DNA of 64,000 nucleotides from Azolla caroliniana. Its lineage: Eukaryota > Plantae > Polypodiophyta. A program made the translations under genes and the position numbers. The DNA is taken from the NCBI GenBank assembly GCA_043228905.1, contig JBHGNT010000004.1, positions 19,158,001 to 19,222,000 of the forward strand. Direction: 5' to 3'. The notes under the pieces are model-generated. The model was not told the DNA's origin. It saw only the letters and a list, made by a program, of their open reading frames with translations, and did no database searches. This document shows positions 27,401-39,330 of this stretch, piece after piece; position 1 is the stretch's first letter; each line of letters opens with the position of its first letter.

Positions 27401-30400
27401 CGTGGCCATTTCAAGCATTTCCTCCTCGCACGTGGTCATTGTGCCATCTGTCTTTTTCAAACATGAAGGTTGGGTCCCAGAGCCTTTGCATTTTACAACT
27501 TCAAAAAAACCTTTCGTAACACGGTCTCCTACCCTCATCCAATTTACTGCTTTACTACGATAGGCATTAGTAGTCCTTAGTTTTTGATACATATCCAGTT
27601 TGCATTTTGCCTCCTCTAGTTGGGCCTCAATCCATACATTATTCAAGTATTGTTCTCTTAGTCGCTGCATACAAGCGAGTGTCCATTGCATTCTTTGTAG
27701 TTTCTCCTTCATCTCCTTTCTAATTTCAGTTGCTTTCTTCCGAAAGAAACATGCATATTCCTCAATTTTCCCAGCCAACCTATGAGCGGGATCATGATAC
27801 ATCCATTTGACATTAGACCATAGTCTTCTTATATCATTAGTCCATTTATTGTCCATGACCAACTCCTTGCTCACCTTCACATTATGTGGATTGCATCGAC
27901 TGTTTTCTTTTATATGTAATAGGATTGGTGCATGGTTTGAGAACATCGTTCCAGGACAAATTATGCATTTGCCTTTCATATCTATGAGCCGAGGGTCCAA
28001 ATACCATCTGTCCAACCTGGACATTGTCCTCCCATGAACGCTTCCTCCTACTCTAGAGTATAGAAGAGATTTTTCTTTTTGCATCTGAAAGTTAGATGCA
28101 TTCCAACAATCTATCACATTATATGCTAAACAAAACTTATCCCATGCATCTTTTTCCGCCCCTTGCACCGTGCCATTTGCATTTCCACTTCTATCTTCTT
28201 GTTGCTCCACCATATTAAAATCTCCTCCAATGATCCACAGATCTTGTCCTCTAGTTGCAACCAGAATTCCTTTCTTTCAGTAGCAGAATTTGGGGCATAT
28301 ATGTTCAGAATGCCCAAGTGCCCATATCTATGTTTTATCCTTATATAGACAGTCTGACCCTCTACTAAACATCTTCTGCCTGTGAATGCTACATTATACT
28401 TAGCTTTCATTGCTATGAGTACTCCCCCATGAATCTCTTTGTCCCCCGTAGCTGCCGACCATGTATTGGTCCAACTCCTAGGGCAGATGTTTCCAATTTT
28501 GTCGATCTTATCCCCATCTAGGTGATGCTCTTGCACCATGATAACATCAGGCACTATTGCCTCCGTGCATCGCTGAATTTCAGTAGCTAATACATTCTTC
28601 TTCATGTGGAATTGGCTACCACCAATTCCTTGTATATTCCATGTTAGTAAGCTAAGATTCATTTTAGCATATACCGTGCCTCTTTAGTGGCCCAGCCAAT
28701 GCATTTTCAGCTTCCACTAGGTTCGCAAAGATCATATCTTGGAGATTATCCTCTTCTAGTGTCACCATTTCAAGGTGGTATACCATGAATTCTGTGATCA
28801 TTCGAGGCAACTTCCTAAATTTCACATTTATATAGCATATGCCTTGCTCATTCGCCTTGCCCGAGCTCCATAACATGACATCTTTCCATTGTCTTTTCCT
28901 TTTCACACTTATTGCGGTACCATATGTTGAATCTACATGAACACCCATTTGTTGTTCCAACCATCCGAGTGCTTCTTCAATGTTGTGGGGCTCCTTATTT
29001 TCCACGACCAGCATATAGGACAGTCCAACGATTTGATCTTTGTCCTCACAATGTCTATAGATATTGATTCTACACATGCTGTCCTTCTTCATCTCAACCC
29101 CACACATTTCCTTGAACCACTTTTTGCCTGTCAGTTTCAATTTGATTTGTTGCCCAGTAGTCGATAGGGGGGTCACTTTGCATTGAGGATTCCATTTCAC
29201 TCTTGACCATTTATGAATACCTTTATGTTTCTCCATCCCATTCTCTTCCTCTTTTCTAGCACGCACGTGCCTTTTCATTTTTGCTATCCCCTTAATATGT
29301 TGGGTTGTCACTAGCGACTTATCTTGCTTGCTATCTAAGAGGTTTTGTTTGCATAAACTAAAACTTAGAAGCTAATAATGTAGTAAAACCATGTCAAGGG
29401 AAGTGTGGGCCAAAGAAGCTAAGTGAAAGCATGACCTTTATACATATATGTATTAGGCATGTTTCAAACTCAACTTTGTAGTCTTTTTTTTAGTTTAACA
29501 TGGCTAATTGCTAGTGGTCAAGAAACGTGCCATCGTTAGGCAAAAATAGACATATAACATTGCATTCAATTATTCGACTAAAGAATATGGAATTGCATGC
29601 CAACACTTGTTATAGCCAGAAAAAAGAAATCACGCATCACATTGTGGAGTACATATATTGGCTTTTTACTTATGTACTCCCTAGGGTTAAAATCGTTTTT
29701 CTTTCCTTTTTTCCAAAAAAAAGATACTACATTAGTATTAGAAAACGCCATACGGCTAAACATACAAGATATACCACCGATCCCCTATGTTTTCTAAATT
29801 CTAACCATCGACTTAAATAAACACTTTGGTGTTGAGTAGAACCACTCCACCTTATCAAAACGCCGTCTATAAAATATACCTATGTCCCAAATGGCATGAA
29901 ATTCCACACGCCTAGCCTCCGCTTGATGCGTATTACCTTTTATACTATCCAAAATCCCTCTGAGATTATGCACAATCTCTATCCAAATTCCCGAAATTAT
30001 TTGGGTAGGTCTTTCAGTCACATTTTGAAATACCTTCAAACATCGAGCCTTCAAATATACCAAATTGTAATACTACTTCCAAATATACCTAGGGTTAAAA
30101 TCATTGTAAAATGACTTCATATATTATTTATTTTGTTTATGCATTATGCACAATTAGCTCCTAAATGATTGGCTTTAAATTTCAGCAATGGTTCTATTAA
30201 TTTGTGATTAAGTGTTGAAGCTATGCAGTCTAACAATTTGCTCCCTAAAATGGCTTTACAAATTACCATTCCACCACGAAACTATTGAAAACAACTACAT
30301 TTAATGTAAAGGGCAATGCTAGCAAATTGTATATTTCACTCATACTCTTGTAGTTACTTTTAAGCCACGATTAAGAATTCCAATCATTACCACTTTCACT

Positions 30401-33189
30401 TGTTGCTATTTGTAATGACTTGTAGTACTCGTCATTAAGTGGGGGAAAAAACTATTGGCACAAAGTATTGAGTGAGTTTCAAATGTATATTTTCTATGAC
30501 AATCTTTATACTATTAAGGATTGACCTCTATATATTATTTTCACTATCTCCAAAACGACTATGATTAAATAACTATTTTGATGTGGTTCTCAACGAGATC
30601 TAAGGGCATTAATGTTTTCTTTTTTGCATGTGTTGTGAAAGTTATGGGTCACAAGTCCATGGTTCAATGCAATTTCTTAACTTTGAATAATCCAATACAC
30701 TATTACAATCAATAACAAGTTGCTTGCTTTCCGGCCAAAATCAAATGACTTGAAAGGAATCCTATTCTATCTAAGTCAATTGCTTGTGCAAGAATGAAGA
30801 TCTTGAAGCCAATCCCACAATAGAAAGAAACAATAAGTGATACTTTAATCAATGAGTCACTTGTTATGCAATTGTGTCCATGATTACATATTCCTATTGC
30901 ATTGATAAATCCAAGTTCATCTGCTATCATTATTTTACACCAATATTTTGTGAATATGTTATAATGGGTGCACTTTGTTAGTGTTGTCTTTTACAAACAA
31001 TGTTGTTTTTTTTAGATCTTTCGGCTATGGTTCTGAATTTGAAGTGCTATATATTAGGAGACTGTATTTTGCTAGTGTTTGGACCATTGGACTATTGAAA
31101 TGAATTTGATGTGCCTCTTTTTGGAGAAAAATATTTGGTTATTCTTTTGTGGTGTAATTGTAAAGTCAAGAAAGGGGTGCATTGTTAGAGTCATTGGTTT
31201 GGTCTTGTTAAAGCAATAATCACAAAGTCAAAGCGAGAATTCTTTCCACAATCAACATAATTAGACTATGGCTTTTGCAATTTCTAAAGAACTACTCGTG
31301 TATCATTTTGAAAGTCAAAGTACGAGATGTTACATTGACCCATTGACTTTGGACTTACTATTTAATCATTGTAAACATCATAATCTCAAAGTCAAGAATG
31401 ATTTGCAATGGGAGTATCATTAGATGAGTTTACTGCAACTTGTAATTTATTTTCACTATAACATTTGTGTGGTCAAAATATGAAAGCTTTTTACAAATGA
31501 GCACAATATTTACCCATTGCTTTAGACTTCTTGGTTAATTGTTATTGTAATAGACTCAATGTCAAAATATGAGTGTTTTTAAATGTTCAACCTATTCCTT
31601 TGGACTTGTTAACTAACTCTTACTTTCTATTCCCTTGGACTTGAAAATTTAATTATTTGTTTAAAACCATGTAACATTCTTTATGATGTTCGTAAATATC
31701 AAATCCATTTAAGATGTGAACGCACAACCTTAACATTATACACAACATGCTTTATGTCATCGATATGTTTTATTTGTAATATAATCTATAGTGGGCATAT
31801 AGAGTCAATGCTTCCACATTGTAGTTTGGCATGTACAATCATGTGTGTTGCACACACATACATGTGTTAGCAAATAATGGTCGAAACTCGTGTATGCGTG
31901 TATTTTGATATATTAGAAACAATAGTATAAAAATGATAATGGCCTTTCTCAATTTGCCATCACATGTGGAGGTATGTACTTTCTCATCTCATTGGTTATT
32001 TATTACTAGAAATGTTCTTGTAGTCATACTTCATGTCATATGTATTTGCTATCGGAGTTCCATTGTATCTTGATCACCTCATTGACATCACAAATGACAA
32101 CTTGTAACACCCACAATCCAATTACTTGATAATACATAGAATCAATTGCCCACGTGTTAGTATAATATTCTGTTAAATTTTATGAATCACATCTAGTGTG
32201 GTGCCCTCAATTTATAATCACTCTTTATGGATAATTTTCCTATTTGAAAATTAGACTTACACAATTCTAAATTTAGACCCATTTTCTACAATAAAAAATA
32301 TTTCCTTAGAATCTTGCTAACCTACACACACACATCTTATGCACTTAAATTTAATATCAAATATTTTTATTTGCGAACAATTTGCATTCATGTCGAACTT
32401 GATCCTTTGTGCTTTTATGTGTATTGCATCCAAGAGAACGAGGGCATTATTTGCAAATGTAACTATATTGACTTATAAGCTCACTTTTAAAAGTATGACA
32501 AGCTTGACATTTCTAGCTTTCCTTAACAAGTTTTAAACCATAAGTATTTTTGGCAATATTGATAGGTTCTATTAGACGATCATCAATTCATATTGGTGTA
32601 TCGTACTTGAGTCCACTTCTTATTTGGTGGATTTCTATCACACAAAGGTCATGTGGGGGAATTGGAGCAGACATCTACCCTATTGGAGGTGAGTTGGGTA
32701 AGAAAACAAATTAATTGTTCTTAAGCATGCTAATAAAGTGGGAAACACTTTGTGAAATACTCATTAGCTTTGAAGTTTGTACTATGCTTAACATTATTAA
32801 GAGATTAGTAAACTCCATCTGAAAAACTTCATTTGAAGACTTAATAAATTAAGAAACAAGAAAATATGAAAGGAGAATAGGTTAATATACTCTAATACAA
32901 GATAACTTAACTACTTAATATAGAATACTTAAGCCTTAAAGATTGTTTTATCTAAATGAGATATGGATTGCCACGATCCATGTTTGAATCAAGTACCAAG
33001 GGAGAATTCACTCACACTTTTCAATACAATTGGTGATTGTATTTCATGACTCACTATTATTTCATCATTTTCCTATCTGGCCTATTTGATAAATATAGTG
33101 ATATGGTCGTTTCCTATGCATTTGAAGTTCTCTTTTTGTTCAACCAAGATACTATGCAAAGACAATTGATGTAACACCCTAACAATTTA

Positions 33190-33839
33190 TTTTTTTTCCA
33201 AAAAAACACTACTTCCCATTAGTTAGCAAAAGAAGTACATCAAAGATCAGCCATAATCCCCACCCTACTATTTACAACAAAAGTATCCCGCTAACACTTT
33301 GTACATGGTGACCACATATTTACAACTCCTCTCCACTCATGGAAACCAATGGCGGAAACAACCATCTCGGTGCTCGATAGTTCCATTTAGGCCCTGACAC
33401 TGAATTTACCATCATAGGAGAACGACCCCATTTTAGCAAAAACTTCGACCGAGCCCTTTCAGCTTCATCCGAGTTCCCTTCAATCACGTTGTATTGTCTG
33501 CGCAACCAAGATACCAGCTCGAACCAAATGTTTAGCAACACCTCACCGCTTGGGAGTTTTCGTTGCTGAAAAACAAACATACATCGTCTGGTCCAAATGT
33601 GCCAGACCGAGAAGCATGCCACCAACATCCATATCTCCTCAAAAAAACCAGAGTTAGTACTAGGTTCCATTCCAACACATTTGAATACACTGCCGCCCTG
33701 CACTATAAAACCATGACCATGTGGATTTAGATGTTTTGCCCAGCCTTCCTTAGTTTCAAACCCTGTAAGGACCCCCACACAACTCTCCCATTCACACCGC
33801 ATGCTGCCACTATCCTGAGCCTTCGACCTCAAATGGTGA
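33190..33839 (-). mobile_element. 3' end of a second L1-like LINE
   Basis: T-run at ~33190; ORF 33320-33832 (WHIWTRRC...PRWLFPP) resembles the ORF2 C-terminus at 19151-19725; cut at 33840 by an LTR. Confidence 0.82.
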
Positions 33840-33897
33840 TGTAAAGAATCAAGAGATGGATTCTTGTGAAGCGGAAGAGATATGAGTTATGTGTGTG

Positions 33898-33938
<41 letters not shown>

Positions 33939-36900
33939 AGGAATACGCAAGGTTAAAAGTATATTAACAAAGGAGAAAGACTCAACATAATACAAGGTGG
34001 GAGGAGGGTGCTTTATGTAGTCACCCTCTCTCTTCATTAACTACAAGCCTCATGGAGCATGGGGAATGTGAAAGCTCATAAGTTATGTGTCATAGAATAT
34101 GATTCTATGACTCATACTAAATGCTAGAATACAAAGTGGTGACATAATGGTGACTCTTGACCGTTGGAGTGTCTCTTCACTCTCAAGGTGAGTTCACACA
34201 CTAGACCAAGTTGAGCTTGATTCTCAACACGCCCCCTCAAGCTCAAGTCGGGTCGGTTTCAGACCGTATCCGAAATCCGCTTCAACTCGCATTCTGGAGT
34301 CCGCGTCAACTCGTGTCGACTCGCATGTATGCGGAGTTGCGGAATCCGTGCTCCAACTTGCGTTGTGCGTAGTTATGAAGTTAGTGCTTCGACTTGCGTG
34401 CGTAGTTGCGAAGTCTGTGCTTCGGCTTGCGTCTTTCTTCGCGGCTTTGTTGCGTGGTTGCGGAATCCATGCGTTATTGCGTAGTGTCTTCAGTACTCCC
34501 CCTCAAGCTTGGTAGGTCAGGGATCGTCAATTCGAGATTGGTCATGAATTGCCATAGCTTGTCGGCTCTTAAGGCTTTAGTCAAGATGTCGGCCATTTGA
34601 AGATTGGTGCTAATGTGTTGTAGGTCGACATCGCTAGCCAGAACGCGCTCCTCGGATGAAGTGATAGTGCACTTCGATGTGCTTTGTCCGTGCGTGGAAC
34701 ACCGGGTTCCGAGCCAGATAGATACTGCTCATGTTGTCGCAGTAAAGGGAAGTCGGATCCTTGATGGGTACGCCCAGATCTTTCAAAATCCTCTTGAGCA
34801 ATACGGCTTCACACGCAGCTACGGCTGCGCCCCTGTATTCCGCCTCTGTACTCGAAAGAGTGACGGTAGGCTGCTTCTTGCTACTCCAGGATATTGCTCC
34901 GCTGCCGAGGGAGAAAACAAATCCGGAGGTTGATCTTCTATCAGCTTTGTAGCCGGCCCAATCGGCGTCGGTGTACCCCTCGAGTCGTATTGGCATTGCA
35001 GTCTTGTAGAGGATGCCACAATCCATTGTGCCACTCACGTATCGTAGAACTCGCTTAGCGCAATCCAAGTGAGTATCACGCGGTGTTTGCATGAATTGGC
35101 TAAGGAGACCGACCGAATAAATGAGATCGGGTCGTGTGATCATGAGGTAGATGAGACTCTCGATGAGTTGTCGATACTGAGTCGGCTCACACGCTTTGGT
35201 GCCGGAGTGCGCATCTAGTTTGAGATTATGATCAAGCGGGGTTGCCATGGATTTGCACTCAGCCATCCCGAACTTGTATAACAGATTGAGGATGTAGTGC
35301 CGTTGAGAGATCATGATTCCGGCTGGAGTCCGAGTTACCTCAATGCCGAGGAAGTAGTGGAGCTCCTTCATGTCCGTCATCTCAAACTTGTCGGAAAGGA
35401 GGGATTTGACCTTAGTGATTTCGACGAGATGCTCACCTCCAATGACTAGATCATCCACATATAAGATGATGACGATCGGACTTGCGGAATCGCTTTGTAT
35501 GCAGAGGGAGTTGTCCGATTTTGACATACGGAAGCCGATTTGATGAAGATATTGCATTATCTTCGAATGCCAAGCACGCGGTGCTTGCTTGAGGCCGTAG
35601 AGTGGCTTCTTGAGTCGGCATACGGCTTTTGGATGAGTGCTCGAGTTAAAGCCGGGTGGTTGGATCATGTACACCCCCTCTTCTAATTCGCCTTGTTGAA
35701 AGGCGTTCTTGACGTCCATTTGATGGAGGTGCCACCCTTTCGTCGCGGCAAGCGCAATTACGGTCCGCACTGTTGTCATCTTTGGCACCGGGGCAAAGGT
35801 CTCTTCGTAGTCGACGCCATGCGTCTGAGCGTATCCTTTCGCTACGAGTCGAGCTTTGTAGTGGTTTACGGAGTCATCGGCGTTATACTTCACCTTGTAG
35901 ATCCATCTGCATCCGATCGCCTTTTTGTGTGGTGAGGTGGGAACAAGATCCCACGTCTCGTTCTTCCGTAGTGCCTGCATCTCTTCGTTCATTGCTTCGA
36001 TCCATCGCGGGTCCTTCGCGGCTTCCGAAAAGGTTTTCGGCTCCCGTACCGTCGCTACCTTCATCATAAAGGCGTAATGGTACGCCATATAATCGTTGTA
36101 GCCGAATCGGCTTACGGGGTTCTTTTCACGAGTGGATCGGCGGAGCTTTTCATTTGCAGAGATGAGGGCTTTCTTTGCTCCGATTGGTACCTCGAAACCA
36201 CCGAACTCACTGTCGAGTGAGTGAGTTGACTCATTGTCGGTGAAGCGATCGTCTTCATATTCTGCCATTTTCTCCTTGCCTTTGTCCATCTTCGGGCTAG
36301 GCCATGATGTGCTTTGATCGCTCAAAGGCTCTTGTGGTCCGCTCAAACGGGTCGTGATCGGACTTTCTTCGAACATGCCCGTAGAATGATCTTCATCCTC
36401 TATCTCTTGTTCAGCGGATTCCGGGTCGAGCGGAGTCGGAGTCGGAGTCGTCTCTGGTGTGTACCAAGACGCGGACTCATCAAACACGACGTCTCAACTT
36501 ACTCGAGATTTTCGAGTTGAGGGTTTGTAGCACTTGTACCCCTTTTGCTCCAGTGAGTATCCTACGAGGATACATTTCTTCCACTTCGGGTCGAGCTTTT
36601 GACGCTTCTCGTCGGGGATGTGCACGTATGCAATGAAGCCGAATATCCGAACATGTGATAGGTTCGGCTTCTTTCCGAAGATTCTTTCGTGCGGAGTGAC
36701 CTCGTGCATGCCGGATGTTGTGCACCGATTCATTAGGTAGACGGCCGTATTTGCCGCTTCGGCCCAATATGACTTGGGCATATGCTTCTCGTTCATCATG
36801 GCCCGTGCTACTTCGAGGATGTGCCGATTTTTGCGCTCGGCTACTCCGTTTTGTTGTGGAGTGTGTCGGCAAGTGAATTCCTTCCTTTCGAAGATACGCT

Positions 36901-37221
36901 GTGAAATCGTCCGAGAAGTACTCCTTGCCGCCATCCGATCGAAGGCATCGTACATGTCGGCCCGTGGCTTTCTCGACTTCATTCTTGAACTTTTGGAAGT
37001 GTCCGAACACTTCGCTCTTTTGCCACATCGGATAGATCCAAGTGTGCCTAGAGAAGTCGTCGATGAAGAGCACGTAATATCGGCATCCGCCGAATGTCGC
37101 CGTTTGGGCCGGACCCCATACATCGGAGTGAATTACGTCGAGTACGCCTTTGCTCACATTCCGCTCCTTCGGAGATGGATGTCGGTGTTGCTTGCCGAAT
37201 TGGCACGCTTCGCATACACCT
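33840..37221 (-). mobile_element. Ty1/copia element, 3' part (INT, RT, RNase H, 3' LTR 33840-34229)
   Basis: LTR termini TGTAAAGAATCAAG / CTTGATTCTCAACA; PPT at 34230-34241; RT-RH ORF 34634-36487 (LYVDD, WSSKKQ); frameshifted INT 36480-37157; cut at 37222. Confidence 0.92.
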
Positions 37222-37522
37222 TGTCATGATATGGCAAGACTCGAACCCATGACCTTATGCTACATGGGTTGAGCTCTTGACCATTAGACTATATGTTGTA
37301 ATACGTAGAATATTATTTTCTTTTATGTCTTATTATAGAAAATTGATGTATATTCCAAATTTCTTTGGAACATTCTAGAAACTTTAGGAGTATTCCTTAG
37401 AACACTATAAAAGGAGGGACAAGGTATTATTTCGAACCAAATCGGTTCAACGCCAGTCTTAAGCCTCCTAGCTACTGTACATTTTCTTCATATAATATAT
37501 ATCTTTTCTTATTATCACTCTC

Positions 37523-37562
<40 letters not shown>

Positions 37563-37909
37563 CCTCTCACTCACTCTTTCCTTCTCTCGAGAGTTCTTCA
37601 CCTCTCGTAGTACTAATACTTCTTTTAGTACTAATTCCTTCTCTGTCTTAGTACTGTTCCTGACAGTTTGAACCGATTTTCCCTACCTTCTGTCTCTCTC
37701 ATTTCCTACTAATCTCTTATTCCTCTTTTCTTTCATCCCATGGCCATTGTTAGCGCTGAAGAATATCAATCTATTTTCTCGGAATTTCAATGTTTGAAAG
37801 AGAAGTTCCATGCTTTGGAACAATAAAACCAACGGTTGTTGGGGGATCTTCAACAAATCTCCTTAGAAAAGCAGCAAACGCAACAACATGGGGAACTTGC
37901 GTTACGCGT
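37222..37909 (+). mobile_element. 5' end of a chromovirus (Tcn1/Tf1-like): LTR 37222-37665, self-complementary PBS 37668-37679, gag start at 37740
   Basis: The LTR is homologous to the inverted LTR 50110-50539, which belongs to a chromodomain-bearing element. TATA at 37406. Gag-like MAIVSAEEYQSIFSEFQCLKEKFHALEQ* coiled coil. Confidence 0.85.
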
Positions 37910-39330
37910 TGTCGTGAAGATTTTTGTCCACGAGCGGAAACCCGAGCAACGAGAGCCAAAGAGCGATGTGCAACGTTGCACACGTACATAATGTATTTGT
38001 AATAATAATAGGGGAAAAGGGTATGGTGCTAGAAATGCCCCATAAGATCCCTAAGGTATAAAGGCGATGTGGTCTTGTGCGCACATCCACGCGAGAGAGA
38101 GAGAGAGGTACTATGCGGTACATAGATACCTAGTTGTTTGTGAGGAGGTGGGAGTTAAGGGCCCATCAATCTCACCCTCCCCAAATCAAGGCAAATATCC
38201 CCTTTGAATGAAAGGGGATATTTTAGTCTCGTTTTTGTAAACGGTCTTCCCTCCTTGTGCTATAAAAGGAGAGGGAAGGCACCATTGTGGGGGTTGCCTA
38301 TTTTGAGTGTGCGAGGTATACCACATAGGTCGAGCATTAGGGTTAGGGTTAGGGTTTCTTTGTCTTTTTCTTCATCTTCGTCGGTTAGGGTTTCGAGTAG
38401 TCGTTTGGTGCGACCTATGCGGCCACCATTTTGTAATCGTTCATTTCGTTTTAATACATCTTGTTGATCATCTTGTCTCCATCTTCCTCTTGTTCGATCT
38501 AATCTCGTGTTCATTCTTCTTCTTCTTGAGCAAAGCTTCCATTCCCTGTCCGATTCCTTCTCCTCCACTCCTTAGTCCAAGACCCCCGTGGTCCCGCCCT
38601 TCTCCACGCACGCGCGTAGCAACGCAACATATTTGGTGAACCCGACGTGAAGAGGCGGCAAGGGAGGAAGGAGATGGAAGACGGAGACATCGCGGAAGTA
38701 ATTACGAGAATGGCAAGGGATTTCGCAAGAAGGAGAGAAAGACGGGAAGAGGCGTACAAGTACGATCGACGCGAGTTCGATCTATGGGATTCCGACGCTA
38801 CATTTCATGTGACCCCCAACATCGAATGGTTTTCGGACTATTCGGACATAGCCAACGACATAGTCTGACTAGGAAACGAGCATGAGTGTGTTATCTCAAG
38901 GATCGGCGAGGTCCCCATCCAATTGCCGAATGACAATACTATCACCCTGCACCAAGTCTGGCACGTACCCGAGTTGAAGAGGAGTCTGGTCTCCATCGGC
39001 ATGCTAGCCAAAGCCGGGTACTGAACGACTCTCAGTGAGTCATCATGGATGATCAACCAATGAAATATGAAAATTGGGAGCGGATGCAAGTACAACAACC
39101 TGTATCCACTAATGGCGATCAATCCAGAGGGCATTGTGAACGTAGCCGAATTGCCAAATTCGAACTTGTGGCATTCGACCATATGTCACAAGCCGGATTG
39201 GATCGGCTAATGGCGATTGGTTACATCCCGAAACTCCAATCGAAGATGGAATTTTGCGAGCATTGTAGTTAAGGGAAATAGACCCGAAGTCCGGACTCTC
39301 TCCATTACGAGTACGACAACCCCTAGAACT
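37910..39330 (+). mobile_element. LTR (37910-38629) with tRNA-Trp PBS, followed by a decayed copia-type protease/GAG-pre-integrase segment
   Basis: TGTCGTGA...GCAACA termini; TATA at 38261; PBS TGGTGAACCCGACGTGAA 38634-38651; DSDATFHVTP and HVPELKRSLVSI motifs from ~38785. Confidence 0.75.

Larger units (their letters stand above)
18986..29328 (-). mobile_element. L1-like LINE, 5'-truncated and decayed, interrupted by a copia element
   Basis: Poly(A) tail (T-run 18986-18995); TSD TGCTATCTAAGAGG(TTTT) at 18972 and 29329. ORF1 tail 28664-29311. ORF2: endonuclease (LLTWNIQG, QEHH, NIYAPN) from 28662, RT (WRPLT, DFEKAYD, QGCPLAP, YADD) 26420-28213, and C-terminal CSAC...HCLWEC zinc finger 19151-19725. 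Confidence 0.93.

Noticed and set aside
29347-33180. AT-rich region with a repeated CCTAGGGTTAAAATC and short ORFs
   Set aside because: No TIR/TSD pair or protein motif could be established; probably decayed repeats.
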